Shown here: piece after piece, positions 10,340 to 24,890 of the stretch
Numbering within the stretch: position 1 is the stretch's first letter
Layout: each line of letters begins with the position of its first letter
NCBI RefSeq assembly: GCF_963921235.1
Contig: NC_086097.1
Coordinates: 59,336,001-59,400,000, forward strand
Origin: Mobula hypostoma
Taxonomy: Eukaryota
Direction of reading: 5' to 3'
DNA length: 64,000 nt
Notes under the pieces: generated by a model
Database searches by the model: none
Seen by the model: only the letters and a program-made list of their open reading frames with translations
What the model was told of the DNA's origin: nothing
Made by a program: the position numbers and the translations under genes

Positions 10340-13187
10340 GGAAGAGGGTGAGCAGTCAGAAGTCCTGGTATATATTGGCACCAATGACATAAGCAGGAAA
10401 GATGAGGAAGTCCTGAAGAGCTGAAAAACAAGATCTCCGGAGTAGAGCTCCCTGGATTTCTTCCTGTGCCATGTACCACGCACCGCGGTGAATGTGTGGC
10501 TGAGAAACTGGTGCAGGGGGCAGGGATTAAGAATTCTGGAAAATTGGGATCCCTTCTGGGGAAGCTACAATCTGTACAAAAGGGATGGGTTACACCTGAG
10601 CCTGAGGGACCAATATCCTTGCAGGCAGGTTTGCCAAGCTGTTCGGGAGTGTTTAAACTAATTTGGTAAAGGAATGGGAACTGAAGTGATAGGACTGAGG
10701 ATGGGGTAGTTAGTATACAAACAGAGGTAATGTGTAGTGGGACTCCTAGCAAGGAGAGGCTGATGTTAGGGCAAAATTGCAGTCAACGGGATGAGTTGCA
10801 ATGTAAAATAAAAGGGTGACAAAATCAAGAAGGTTGATGAATACAGACTGATGCTGTTATATTTGAAGCACACAGTGTACGGAATAAGGTAGATGAACTT
10901 GTAGCACAATTACAAATTGGCATGCACGACATTGTGGCCGTCACTGAATCGTGGCTGAAAAAAGATGATAGCTGGGAGCGTAATGTCCAAGGACACACAT
11001 TGTTTCAAAAGGACTGACAGGTAGGCAGAGTGGGTGGGGTGGCTCCGTTGGTGAAAAATGAAATCAAGTCATTAGAAGGAGGTGACATAGAATGGTAAGG
11101 TGTAGAGTCATTGTGGGCAGGGATAAGAAAATGCAAGAGTATAAAGATCCTGACAGGAGTAATATATAAATTTTCCAAACAGTAGCAAGTATCTGGTCTA
11201 CAAATTACAATGAACGATAGGAAATGTGTGTCAAAAGAACAATGATACAATGGCTATGGGGGATTTCAATATGCAGGTAGATTGAGAGAAACAGTTTGTT
11301 GCTGGATCCCAAAAGGGGAAACTTGTAGAGAGCCTAAGAGATGGCTTTTTTTTTGACCAACTCACGGTAGAGCCTACCAGGCTATCAGCTATTGTGAAAT
11401 GAATTAGAAAGTGATTTGGAAATTATTAGAGAGCTTAAGGTAAAGGAACCCTTAGGGGTACAATGCTCATAATAACATAGAGTTCACCTTGCAGTTTGAG
11501 AAGGAGAAGCTGAAGTCATTTGTATCAGTCCTACAGTGGAGTGAAAGGAATTCCAGAGCCATGAAAGAGAAGCTAGCTAAAATTGATTGGAAGTAAACAC
11601 TAGCAGGGTTAAGAGCAGAGCAGCAATGGCAAGAGATGCTGGGAACAATTCGGAAGGTGCATAATAGATACATCCCAAGGAAGAAGTATTCGAAAAGCAA
11701 AATGATGTAACCATGGATGACAAGAGAATTCAAAGCCACCATGAAACCAAAGAGAAGGCATATGACAGAACAAAAATTAATGGGAGGTTAGAGGATTGGG
11801 AAGCTTTTAAAAACCAACTAAAAAGTCATTAAGAAGGTAAAGGTGGAATACAAAAGTAAGCTAGCCAACAATATTAAAGAAGATACCAACATTTTCTTCA
11901 GATATATAAAGTGTGAAAGAGAGGTGAGAGTAGACATCAGATCACTGGAAAATGATGTTGGAGAGGTAGTAGTGGGGGATAAACAAATGGCCTCAGTGGT
12001 TAGGAAGATGATGGAGTTGCTTGTTAAGCAGGTTGTTTTGGGGTAATTGGAGTTACATGATAAAATAAGCCAAAGTCAGCATGGTTTCCTTCAGGATACT
12101 CCTTGCTTGACAAATTCGTTGGAGTTCTTTGAAGAAATAACAACAGGATAGACAAAGGTGAATTGGTGGATGTTGTGTACTTGGATTTTCAGAAGCCTTT
12201 GACAAGGAACCATGTATGAGGCTATTTAACAAGCTATGAGCCCATGGTATTATAGGGAAGGTTCTAGCATGGATAAAACAGTGGATGATTGGCAAGAGGC
12301 AAAGAGTGGGAATAAAGGGAACCTTTTTTGGATGGCTGCAGGTGACTAGTGTCATTCCATAGAGGTCTGTGTTGGAACTGCTTCTTTTTACATTATGTGT
12401 CAATGATTTGGATGATGGAATTGATGACTTTATGGCCAAGTTTGCAGATGATACAAAGATAGGTGGAGAGGCAGGTAGAGTTCAGCAAGCAGTGAGGCTA
12501 CAGATGGACTTAAACAGATTAGGACAAAGGCATGGCAGATAGAACACTGCATTGGGAAGTGTGTGGCCATGTATCTTAGTATAAGAAATAAAAGCATAGT
12601 CTATTTTCTAAATAGTGAGAAAATTCAAAAATCCAGGGTTCTTGGGAATTATTGTATAGGATTCCCTAAAGGTTAATTTGTTGCTTGTGTCTGTGGTGAG
12701 GAAGGCAATTCGTTTTGCAAGAACCAGAATATAAAAGCAAGGATGTAATATTGAGGATTTATAAAGCACTGGTGAGGCCTTACTTGGAGTATTGTGAGCA
12801 GTTTGGGGCCCCTTATCTAAGAATAGAGGTGCTGACATTTGAGTGTGTTCAAAGGAGGTTCATGAAAATAATTCCAGGATTGAAAGGCTTATCATATGAG
12901 GAGCATTTGATGGCTCTGGGCCTGTACTCACTGGAATTCAGAAGGATGAGGGAGCATCTCATTGAAATCATTGAATGTTGAAAGTCCTTGATAGAGTGGG
13001 TGTGGAGAAAATGTTTCCTTTGGGGGGGGGGGTGTCTAAGACCAGAGGACACAGCCTCAGAATAGAGGGACATCCATTTAGAATGGAGATGAAGAGAAAC
13101 TTCTTTAGCCAGAGAGTGGTGAATCTATGGAATTTAATTGCCATGGGCAGCAGTGGAGGCCAAGTCACTGGTTATTTTTAAGGCAGA
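10340..13187 (+). mobile_element. Degraded CR1 LINE: ORF1 esterase remnant, EN and RT with internal deletions, 3' end missing
   Basis: ATTGGCACCAATGACATA (IGTNDI), GATGGGTTACACCTG (DGLHL), MGDFN at ~11255, RPYLEYCEQF, NFFSQRVVNLWN. Confidence 0.9.
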
Positions 13188-15204
13188 AACTGCATTAAGG
13201 AGTTGAAGCTGGAAATGGATGAACTCTGGATCATTCCGGAGGCTGAAGGGATGATAGATAGGAATATAGAGAGGTGGTTACACTCAAGGTGCAGGGCACG
13301 GGAAACAGGAAGGGGAAAAGGGTTAAGGAGCCAGTACAGTGTACCCCTGTGGCCATCTCCCACAACAGCACGTATATCTCTTGGATACTGTCGGGGTGGG
13401 GGGGGGGGCATGACCTAACAGAGGAAAATCACAGTGGTCAGGTCTCTGGCATTGAATCTGCCTCTGTAACTCAGAGGAAAAGAGGGAGGGGAGCCACGCT
13501 GTGGTGGTAAGGGATTTGTTAGTTAGATGAACAGACAGGAGGTTTTATGGGCAAGAACAAGCTTCCCGGATGGTATGTTGCCTCCCGTGTGCCAGGGTCC
13601 AGGATATCTTGAATCGAGTCCTTAGCATTCTTAAATGGGAATGTGAACATTTAGAAGTCATGGTCCATGTACGTTCCAATGGTATGTGTCAAGTGATGAG
13701 GCTCTGCATAAGGAGTTCAGGGAGTTAGGTGCTAAGGTAAAGGGCAGGACCTCCAGGGCTGTGATCTCAGAATTGCTATCCATTCTGTGTGCTAGTGAGG
13801 CCAGAACTAGGAAGTTTAGTACATGGCTAAGGAGTTGGTGTAGGAGGGAGGGCATGAGATTTTTGGATCATTGGGCTTTCTTTTAGGGAAGCTGACACCT
13901 TTACAGAAGAGATGGTTTGCTCCTGAACAGGAGGGGGACTAATATCCTAGCGGATGTTGGTAAGATCTCAGACAAAGTTAGGAATCAAAAGATTGAGCAT
14001 GGTGCAACTAGCGTCCTATGTGGCATATATTTCAATGCAAGAACTAACATAGGAAAGGTGGATAATAGTGTTGAAGATGAGGTAGCTCGTTTACAAACAG
14101 AGGCAATGTGTAGTGAGGAGAGGCTGTTAATAGGACAAAATTGCAGTCAATAGGATGAACTGCAATGTAAAAGGGAGGACAAAATTGTAAAGGGTGAATA
14201 CAGGGCTGAAGGTGTTATATTTGAATATGTGCAGTATACGGAATAAGGTAGATGAACTTGCAGTGCAGTTGCAGATTGGCAAGTATGATGTTGTAGGCAT
14301 CACTGAAAAACGGCTGAAAGAAGATTATAGCTGGGAGCTTAATGTCAAGAATACACATTGTATCGAAAGGACAAGCAGGGAGACAGAGAGAGCAGTGTTG
14401 CTCTGTTGGTAAAAAATTAAATCGAATCATTAGAAAGAGGTGACATGGGGTTGGAAGGCGTTGAATCATTGGGGATGGGGCTAAGGAACTGCAAGTGTAA
14501 AAAGACCTTGATGGAAATTGTATACAGACCCCCAAACACTTGTAAGGATGAGGCTTACAAATTACAATGGAAGATAGAAAATGCATGCCCAAAAGGTAAT
14601 ATTACAATAGTAGTGGGGTACTTCACTATGCAGGTAGATTGGGAAAATCAGGTTGGCTGGATTCCAGAAGGGGGAATTTCTAGACTGCCTATGGGATAAC
14701 TTTTTAGAGCAACTTGTGGTTGAGCCCACTAGGGGGTTTAGTTATTTTGGATTGGGTGTTGTGCACTGAACCAGAATTGATTAGAGAGCTTATGGTTAAA
14801 GAACCCTTGGGGCAAGATATCATAATATGATCAAATTCACCCTGAAAATTGAGAAGGAGAAACTAAAGTCAGATGTACCAGTATTACAGTGGAGCAAAGG
14901 GAATTACAGAGGCATGAGAGAGGAGTTGGCCAGAGTTGATTGGAAACTACACTGCTGGGATGGCAGCAGAGCAGCAATGGCTGGAATTTCTGGAAGCAAT
15001 TCAGAAGGCACAGGATAAATACCTTCCAAAGGGGAGGAAGTATCCTAAAGTAAAGATGACACAATCATGGCTTCAAGAGAAGTCAAAGCTGACATAAAAG
15101 CCAAAGACAGGGCATAAAACAGAACAAAAATTTATGTGGTTAGAGGATTGGGAAGCTTTTAAAAACCAGCAAAAGGCAACTAAAAAGTCATTAATAAATT
15201 AAAA
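13188..15204 (+). mobile_element. Degraded CR1, 5' part (ORF1 coiled coil + esterase, EN); probably continues at 31039
   Basis: ELKLEMDELWII, WLRSWCRREGMRFLDHW, LKVLYLNMCSIRNKVDEL, VYRPPN. Confidence 0.88.
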
Positions 15205-17170
15205 ATAGATAGATAGATACTTTATTGATCCCAAAGGAAATTACAGTATCACAGTAGCATTACAAGTACACCAATATAAATATTAGAAGAGAAGTAGAAA
15301 GAATGAAAAACAAGTTACCAAAAAACATTCCAGTGGCAGGTGGGGTCATCACTTCCCTAACTATAGGTTGATTCATTACAGAGTCTAAGAATGACCTCAT
15401 TTTGTGCTCTTTGGAGCAGCACAGTTGTCTTAGCCTATGACTAAAAGTGCTCCTCTGATCAGCCAAGGTGTCATGCAGGGAGTGAGAAACATTGTCCAGA
15501 ATTGCCAAGACTTTCTGTAGGGCCCTTTGTTCTACCAGAGCCTCCAGTGTCCAGTTTGACTCCTCCTATAATAGAGCCGGCTTTTTTAAATCAGTTTATT
15601 GAGCCTGTTAGCATCACCCGTGTTGATGCCATTGCCCCAGCACACCACCGCATAAAAGATTGTACTGGCGACAACAGACTGATAGAACATGTGAAGGAGA
15701 GGCCTGCATACTCCATAGGACCTCAGTCTCCTAAGGAAAAAGAGGCAACTCTGGCCCTTCTTCTACACAGTTTCTGTGTTGGTGCTCTACTCAGGTCTGT
15801 TATCCAGGTACACCCCTAAGTACTTGTAGGTTCAACACATCCACATCCTCACGTAGAAACATAGAAAACCTACAGCACAATACAGGCCCTTCAGCCCACA
15901 AAGCTGTGCCGAACAGGTCCTTACCTGAGAAATTACCTAGGATTACCCATAGCCCTCTATTTTTCTGAGCTCCTATACCTGTCCAGGAGTCTCTTAAAAG
16001 ACCCTATCATTTCGGCTTCCACCACCATCGCCGGGAGCCCATTCCACACACTCACTACTCTGTGTAAAAAATTAATGCTGCTATCTCCTCTGTACCTACT
16101 TCCAAGCACCTTAAAACTGTGCCCTCTCATGCTAGCCATTTCAACCCTGGGAAAAAGCCTCTGAATATCCACATGATCAGTGACTCTCATCACCTTATAC
16201 GCCACTATCAGATCACCTCTCATCTTCCGTCACTCCAAGGAGAAAAGGCCAAGTTCACTCAACCTATTCTCATAAGGCATGCTCCCCAATCCAGGCAACA
16301 TCCTTGTAAATCTCCTCTGCACCCTTTCTATGGATTCTACATCCTTCTTAAAGTGAGACGACCAGAACTGAACATAGTACTCGAAGTGAGGTCTGACCAG
16401 GGTCCTATATAGCTGCAACATTACCTCTCAGCTCCTAAACTCAGTCCCACGATTGATGAAGGCCAATGCACTGTATGGTTCCTTACTACCTCATACTTAT
16501 CTGAGTTGAACTCCATCTACCACTTTTCAGCCCAGTTTTTCATCCTATCAATGTCCCGCTGTAAACTCTGACAGCCCTCCACACTATCCACGATACCTCC
16601 AATATTTGTGTCATCAGCAAATTTACTAACCCATCTCTTCACTTCCTCATCCAGGTCATTTATAAAAATTACGAAAAGTAGGGGTCCCAGACCAGATCCC
16701 TGAGACACACCACTGGTCACCGACCTCCATGCAGAATATGACTCATCTACAACCACTCTTTGCCTTCTGTGGGCAAGCCAGTTCTGGATCCACAAAGCGA
16801 TTTCCCCTTGGATCCCATGCATCTTTGCTTTCTCAATAAGCCTTGCATTGGGTATCTTGTCAAATGCCTTGCTGAAATCCATATACACTACACCTACTGC
16901 TTTACCATCATCAATGTGTTCAGTCACATCCTCAAAAAATTCCATCAGGCTCGTAAGGCACGACCTGCCTTTGACAAAGCCATGCTGACTATTCCTAATC
17001 ATATTATGCCTCTCCAAATGTTCATAATTCCTGCCTCTCAGGATCTTCTCCATCAACTTAACAACTGCTGAAGTAAGACTCACTGGTCTATAATTTCCTG
17101 GGCTATCTCTACTCCTTTTCTTGAACAATAGAACAACATCTGCACCCTTCAGTTCTCTGGAACCTCTCCC

Positions 17171-17600
17171 TGTTGCAAGGAGCGAAGGAAGCAAACCCAA
17201 GTGCAGGACATGGGCACGGAGATTGAGTTTGGATGCTTACATGGGCACAAATGCCGAACAGCAGACAGGAGGGATTTTCGACGGAGCCCTGATATGGAGC
17301 CTTGACACGGAGCCTTGACTCAGAGAAACAGAGTCTCATAGGTAAACCTTGAAACTGGAGCTAAACTTAGAACAAATGGTTCTAAGAGGTCGGGAAACCT
17401 AGTTATCTCACAGGAAAAAAACAACAATCTGGCAACTAATGGTTGTAACCCTAGGGTTCTTATGCTGCAGGTCTTGATCGAAACCAGGTGTGCCATCATC
17501 AAAGAGAATTAGCAGTAAATGGCAAATTAATGATTGGAATCAAGGCATAACCAAAGGAAATTAGGAGCAAGATAGAGAATTAACGATCTGGACCATGACA
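17171..17600 (-). repeat. 3' LTR (430 bp)
   Basis: Minus strand TGTCATGG...GCAACA; direct repeat of 24908-25375. Confidence 0.92.
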
Positions 17601-17616
17601 GTATTCCCCCTCCCCC
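17601..17616 (-). other. Polypurine tract
   Basis: GGGGGAGGGGGAATAC on minus, directly before the 3' LTR. Confidence 0.85.
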
Positions 17617-17619
17617 AAT

Positions 17620-20408
17620 GGCAGCCTCCTGGCGATCCACCAGGCTTGTCTGGATTGTCCCGATGGAAATCACGGATGAGGGAAGGGTCCAGAATGAAGA
17701 AGCGGGGAATCCAGAAACGTTCCTTTGGGCCATATCTCTCTCAATCGACCAGGTATTGGAGGCCCCTGCCTTGGCGGCGCACATCCAGTAGTCGCTGGAC
17801 GGTATACGCTGGGTGGTCGTCAATGATCCAGGTGGGTGGAGGGGGTTTGGCAGGAGGGCACAAAGGGCTGACAGATACCAGTTTCAATTGGGAAACATGG
17901 AATGTAGGATGGATATGCATAGATTTGGGCAGTTTGAGTCTGACTGCTGAGGGGTTGATAATACTCTTAATCTCGAATGGTCCCAGGTAGCGAGTCGTTC
18001 GTTTCTTGGGCACATTCTTGAGGGGAATGTCTTTAGAAGAGAGCCAAATCTTCTGCCCAGGCCGATAATCAGGTGCAGGAATTCTATGACGATTGGCAAT
18101 CTTCTGGTTGCGGTTGGTGAGTCTTTCCAGATCTTGCGGCACCGGTGGAGCTGGGCCTGAACAGAAGGTGCAGCGACGTCATCTTCATGAGCGGAGAACA
18201 GAGGGGATTGGTAACTGAGAGAGCATTCAAAGGGAGACATTTCTGTGGTGGTGCTGACCAGGGCGTTGTGGGCGAACTCTACCCAAGCGAGACGGGTGCT
18301 CCAGGAAGACGGGTTGTTGGCGGTTATGCAGCGCAATGCTGCTTTCAAGTCCTGGTTAGCTCATTCTCTTTGACCATTCGTCTGCAGAAGAAAGTCGGAC
18401 GACAGACTTACTGAGGCTCCAAGGGCTTGACAAAAAGATCTCCAGACTTGAGAGACGAATTGGGAACCCTGAAATAATGTCAGAGGGAATCCCGTGAAGG
18501 CGGAAGACATGGTGGATGAGAAAGTTGGCTGTTTCACGAGCTATAGGGAGTTTGGGAAGGGCTACGAAGTGCACAGCTTTGGAGAAGCGGTCCACCACGG
18601 TGAGTACGGCAGTGTTCCCATGTGAAGGGCGTAGTCCAGTAACAAAATCCAGCGCAATGTGAGACCAAGTGCGGCTAGGGACAGGTAGGGGACGAAGCAA
18701 TCCAGCAGGTGGTTGGTGGGAAGCTTTTCCGCAGACACAAACAGAGTAGGCAGAGATGAAGGAACAGGTGTCAGCTTCCATGGAGGACCACCACAAATGT
18801 CTCTTCAGAAGGGACAGAGTCCGATCGATGCTGGGATGGCAGGCAAAACGAGACGTGTGCCCCCACTGGAGAACCTGAGACCGAACAGAATCAGGCACAA
18901 AGAGGCGATTGGAGGGTCTGTTGCCTGGGTCAGGTTGAGTCCATTGGCCCTCTTTGACTATGGCCTCGATCTCCCAGGTGAGGGCAGCCACTACACAGGA
19001 TGGTGGCAGGATGGTCTTGGCGTTGGGAAGGCCCTTCTCAGAAATATATTGAGGGGAGAGAGCATCAGGCTTCCCGTTCTTGGACCCTGGACGATAGGTG
19101 AGTGTAAATCCGAACCGGCCAAAAAATAATGCCCAACAAGCTTGGTGGGAATTCAGGCGTTTGGCGGTTTGGATGTATGCAAGGTTCTTGTGATCGGTCC
19201 AGACGATAAACGGATGCTCTGCTCCCTCCAGCCAGTGCCTCCACTCCTCCAAAGCAAGTTTGACTGCCAGTAACTCCCGGTTCCCTACGTCGTAATTTCG
19301 TTCAGCGGGGGACAGCCAGCAAGAAAAGAAGGCACAGGGATGAAGTTTTTGGTCAGGGCTTGAACATTGGGAGAGGACCGCTCCCACCCCAGAGTCGGAG
19401 GCATCAATCTCCACAATGAATTGACAAGAGGGGTCTGGTTGAACAAGGATGGGAGTGGAGGTGAAATGCCTCTTCAGCTCCAAGAAGGCAGCGTCCACTT
19501 CGGGGTCCCAGTGAAAAGGGGTCTCAGGAGAGGTGAGTCGAGTAAGGGGCGTTGCCAACCGGCTGTAATCTCTGATGAAATGACGATAAAAGTTTGCGAA
19601 CCCCAGAAATCGCTGGAGTTGCTTGAATGTTGTGGGATTTGGTCACTCCACCACCACCCGGATCTTTTCGGATCCGCCCTCACTTGCCCGCCCTCGATGA
19701 TGTATCCTAAGAAACTGACAGAAGGAACGTGAAACTCGCACTTCTCAGCTTTCACAAATAGTTTGCTCTCCCAAAGCAGCTGAAGAACCTGACCGACATG
19801 GTGGGTGTGTTCCTGAAGACTGCTGGAGAAGATTAGGATGTCATCCAAATAAACAAACACGAAGCAGTTAATAAAATCACTAAGGACATAATTTATCAGA
19901 ACTTGAAAAACAGCGAGGCCATTGGTGAGACTGAATGGCATGACCAGGTATTCTAAGTGACCAAGAGGGGTGTTAAATGTTGTTTTCCACTCTTCTCCCT
20001 TCCTTATCTTGACCAGATGATAGGTACTTCGTAGGTCCAACTTGGAGAAGATGGTGGCTCCGTGAAGTGGTTCGAAAGCAGAGTTGAGAAGGGGTAGTGG
20101 ATATTTGTTCTTTACGGTTAGTCAATGCAGGGGCACAGTGAACCGTCTTTCTTCCCCACGAAGAAGAAATCTGCGCCGACTGGCGATAATGAGGGTCAGA
20201 TAATGCCCACCGCGAGAGATTCATTTAAGTAAGCTCCATTGCTTCCCTTTCTGGCCGGGACAAGTTATACAAGCCGACTGGTGGGTTTAGGGGCTCCAGG
20301 GAGAAGGTCAATAGCACAATCATAAGGGCGGTGTGGAGGCAGGGAAAGAGCCCGTTGTTTGCTGAACACTTCTCCCAGATCGTGGTACTCAGCTAGAACC
20401 TTGGATAA
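17620..20408 (-). pseudogene. Gypsy pol remnant (RT-RNase H-integrase-chromodomain)
   Basis: ORFs 19474-20040, 18356-19558, 17884-18348 and 17741-18142, separated by frameshifts. Confidence 0.92.
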
Positions 20409-23370
20409 GTCATAGTCATAGTCATACTTCATTGATCCCGGGAGAAATTGGTTTTCGTTACAGTTGCACCATAAATAATTAAATAGTAATAAGACCATAA
20501 ATAGTTAAATAGTAATATGTAAATTATGCCAGGAAATAGGTCCAGGACCAACCTATTGGTTCAGGGTGTCTGACCCTCCAAGGGAGGAGTTGTAAAGTTT
20601 GATGGCCGCAGGCAGGAATGACTTCCTATGATGCTCTGTGTTGCATCTCGGTGGAATGAGTTTCTGGCTGAATGTACTCCTGTGTCCAACCAGTCCATTA
20701 TGTAGTGGATGGGAGACATTATCCAAGATGGCATGCAACTTGGACAGCATCCTCTTTTCAGACACCACCATCAGAGAGTCCAGTTCCATCCCCACAATAT
20801 CACTGGCCTTACGAATGAGTTTGTTGATTCTGTTGGTGTCTGCTACCCTCAGCCTTCTGCCCCAGCACACAACAGCAAACATGATCGCACTGGCCACCAC
20901 AGACTCGTAGAACATCCTCAGCATCGTCCGACAGATGTTAAAGAACCTCAGTCTCCTCAGGAAATAGAGATGGCTCTGATCCTTCTTGTAGACAGCCTTA
21001 GCGTTCTTTGACCAGTTCAGTTTATTGTCAATTCGTATCCCCAGGTATTTGTAATCCTCCACCATGTCCACACTGAACCCCTGGATGGAAGCAGGGGTCT
21101 CCAGTGCCTTAGCTCTCCTCAGGTCTACCACCAGCTCCTTAGTCTTTTTCACATTAAGCTGCAGATAATTCTGCTCACAGCATGTGATAAAGTTTCCTAC
21201 CATAGCCCTGTACTCAGCCTCATCTCCCTTGCAATTATGGCAGAGTCATCAGAAAACTTCTGAAGATGACAAGACTCTGTGCAGTAGTTAAAGTCCGAGG
21301 TGTAAATGGTGAAGAGAAAGGGAGACAAGACAGTCCCCTTTAGAGCCCCAGTGCTGCTGATCACTCTGTCGGACACACAGTGTTGCAAGCGCACGTACTG
21401 TGGTCTGCCAGTCAGGTAATCAAGAATCCATGACACCAGGGAAGCATCCACCTGCATTGCTGTCAGCTTCTCCCCCAGCAGAGCAGAGCGGATGGCGTTG
21501 AACGCACTGGAGAAGTCAAAAAACATGACCCTCATAGTGCTGGCTTGTCCAGGTGGGCATAGACACGGTTTAGCAGGTAGACGATGGCATCCTCAACTCC
21601 TAGTCTGGGCTGGTAGGCGAACTGGAGCAGATCTAAATGTGGCCTAACCTTAGGCCGGAGCAGCTCCAGAACAAATCTCTCCAGGGTCTTCTTGATGTGG
21701 GAGGTCAATGCCACCGGTCTGTAGTCATTGAGGCCGCTGGGGCGCGGCGTCTTCGGCACAGGGACGAGGCAGGACATCTTCCACAGCACAGGAACCCTCT
21801 GGAGCCTCAGGCTCAGGTTGAAGACATGGTGAAGTATTCCACATAGCTGAGGGGCACAGGCTTTGAGCACACTGGTACTGACACCATCCGGTCCTGCAGC
21901 CTTGCTTAGGTTGAGACGTTTCAGCTGTCTTCTCACCTGTTCAGCCGTGAAGCCCACCGTGGTGGTTTCATGTGGGAAGGGGTATAGACATGAGAGCAGG
22001 GTGGGGGACTGTGAGGAGGGGTAGTAGGGGAGAGTGGAATATGTGTTGGTTGGGGGCCGACAACAGATGACTCATGTGGGGGATGGGCAGGGGCCACAAT
22101 GTCAAATCTGTGAAAGAACAGGTTAAGTTCGTTGGCCCTGTCCACACTGCCTTCAGCTCCTCTGTTGCTAGTTTGCTGGAACCCAGTGATGGTCCTCATC
22201 CCACTCCAGACCTCTCTCATTTTGTTCTGCTGGAGTTTCCACTCAAGCTTCCTCCTGTACCTATCTTTAGCCTCCCTGATCCTGGCTTTCAGGTCCCTCT
22301 GTATTGCCCTCAGCTCCTCCCTATTTCCATCTCTAAATGCCCTCTTTTTAGCGTTCAGGATGTCCTTAATGTCCTTTGTCACCCATGGCTTGTTATTTGA
22401 ATAACAAAGGACAGTTCTTGTCGGAACATTGCCGTCCACACAGAAGTTGATGTAATCAGTGATGCACTCTGTGAGCCCATCAATATCCTTTCCGTGTGGC
22501 TTACAGAGTGCCTGCCAGTCTGTCACCTCAAAACAACCCTGGAGCACCTCATAAACCTCCTCCGACCATTTCCTCACTGTCCTCGAGGTTGCAGGTTTAC
22601 TCTTCACCAGAGGCACGTAGCAGGGTTTTAGATGCACCAGGTTGTGATCTGACCTTCCCAATGAGGGGAGGGGAGAGGAGCTGTATGCATCCTTAAAGTT
22701 AGCGTACATCAAATCCAGAGCCCTCTTCCCTCTGGTTGTACAGCTCACATACTGCAAGAAGTTGGGTAGTGTTCTAGCCATGGTAACATGGTTGAAGTCA
22801 CCCGAGATGGTAATGAGGGCATTCGGGTGCTGGGTTTGTAATCTGGCTATGACAGTGTAACTGATGTTACATGCCGACGTTGGGTTGGCAGAGGGAGGGA
22901 TGTACACAACAACCACAATTGCATGTGAGATTTCACTTGGCAAATAATATGGCCAGAGTCCAACAGCAAAAAATTCAATATCCGGGCTACAAACACGTTC
23001 CTTGATCGTAATATGACCAGGATTACGCCATCTGTTGTTTACCAGAACAGCAAGCCCACTTCCTTTACGTTTACTGCTCTCAGTGCAATTCCGGTCAGCC
23101 CGACTGGTCTGGAAGCCCTCTATGGAAACGTTTTGATCGAGTATGTCCTTGTGCAGCCACGTTTCAGTAAAACACATGACACTGCTCTCCTGAAATGTTC
23201 TCTGACTCCTGACAAGCACCGTCAACTTGTCCATTTTATTACACAGCGATCTCACACTGCCCATAATGAGAGAGGGGAGACATGGCTTATAACTTCTGTT
23301 CTCCATAAGCCTCTGTTGTCTCGACCGGGTCCTCTTCCCTTGCCTTTTTGATCCCCCTCTGCATCCTCTG
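20409..23370 (-). mobile_element. Near-complete Rex1/Babar LINE inserted in Gypsy pol
   Basis: 457-aa EN ORF 21933-23306 (CFTETW, GDFNH, SDH); RT pieces AAGPDG, FFDFSSAFN, LQKFSDD, LYFLRRL; (GACTAT)n tail. Confidence 0.93.
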
Positions 23371-24890
23371 TGGTTTCAGTGGCAGACGAGGTCGCGGTGA
23401 CTTTCACAGGGGAAAGGGCCGATTGAAGACAAGTGGAGTGACAGAACGGACTCCAGCTGGCTATCTTCCCAGTGGACCAATCAATGTGAGGATTATGGCG
23501 GCTTAACCAGGGATACCCAAGAACGATAGGAGCTTGAGGAAAGGAAATTAGGTTAAATGTACCTGCTCCCGAAGGTTTCCAGAGAGAATAAGAGGAAGGG
23601 GTGGTGTGCAGTGTGTGACTCGGGCCAGAAGTCTTCCGTCTAGTACCCGGGTTTCCAGAGGGGCACTCAATGGCTCCTGAGGAATTCCGGCCCAGGAAGC
23701 TATGTCTTCATCCAGAAGGTTTCCCTCAGCACCGGAATCCACTGGAGCTGACAGAGGCAGGGAATGTTGGTTGTAACATAAAGCAGCCTGGATTTGCATC
23801 CAGGTTCAGGGGACGGAAGGGAATGTTGTCTGCTTCACCAGGGTCCCCCTTTCTACAGGCGGGCCTTCCCTTTTTGGCTGAAGGGGACAGGTAGCACGGA
23901 AGTGGCCGGGATGACTGAAATATATGCACTCACCCGCTCTGAATCTCCATAGTCATTCGATGTGTGAAAGACCGTTCTGACCCAGCTGCATGGGTTCCTC
24001 TCCTGGGGCGGTAGAAACGGCCGGGCTGGGAGCTACTCCAGGAGCAGGAGGAGAAAGAGAGAGGCTTGTTCTTGCGGGAGGTGGAAATGAGTGCCGTAGA
24101 GCGGCCAAGGGTGGTAGACAACCAGTTCTTTCTCTCTGGTGTTCGCAAAGATGATTGTCTAACTTGATTGCTAGGGAGATTAAGGAATCCAGGCTGTTGG
24201 TCTCATCTCTTGCTGCCAACTCGTTTTTCACCCTGTCACTGAGACCATCGTGAAATACCCGATGGAGTGCCTTGACGTTCCACTCCGAGTTGCCGCTAAC
24301 GTCCAGAACTCTACAGAATATTCGGCAACGCTGGTGAGCCCTGATGGAGAGAGAGTAAACGCTTAGCGGCATCTTTACCACGGACGGGGTGGTCAAAAAT
24401 TTTTCTCATTTCCGTGATAAAGGTGGGGAAATAAGAGCAGATCTCTGATTGATTATCCCAGATAGCTGTAGCCCACGCTAAGCACTTCCCCGCGACAACC
24501 CCATGATATAAGCTATCTCTGATTTATCTGTGGAATATGTGGATGACTGCTGATCGAACACCAAGGAGCATTGCAGAAGGAAGGCCTGGGACTTCCCCAA
24601 ATCCGCAGCGTAGTGTTCTGGTTCAGGTATTGGCGGCTGTCTTGATGGGGGTGTTGCTGACATGTAGGGGGTTGCCACTACAGACTGTCTGGACTGGTTT
24701 GACAGAGTTCCAGAAGCGGAAGGGATAAGATTAGTGGATACACGGTCCACCTGGTCACCGATCTTCATTATGTTAGCAGACTGGGAACAGAGGTTCTCCA
24801 CGACATCCCAGAGAAGTTGATCATGCAGACCCAGTAGTGAACCCTGGCTGCCAAGGGCTTGTTGCAGGGTCTTCATGTCTGCTGGGTCCA
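23371..24890 (-). pseudogene. Gypsy gag and protease remnant
   Basis: MDPADM..PEPEHY..AFLLQCSLVF; FHDGLSDRVKNELA; EEPMQLG; VDSGAEGN (sushi/PEG10-like). Confidence 0.9.

Noticed and set aside
17620..24890. Domesticated PEG10/RTL1-like gene
   Set aside because: Flanked by LTRs and a TSD, multiply frameshifted, and interrupted by a LINE.
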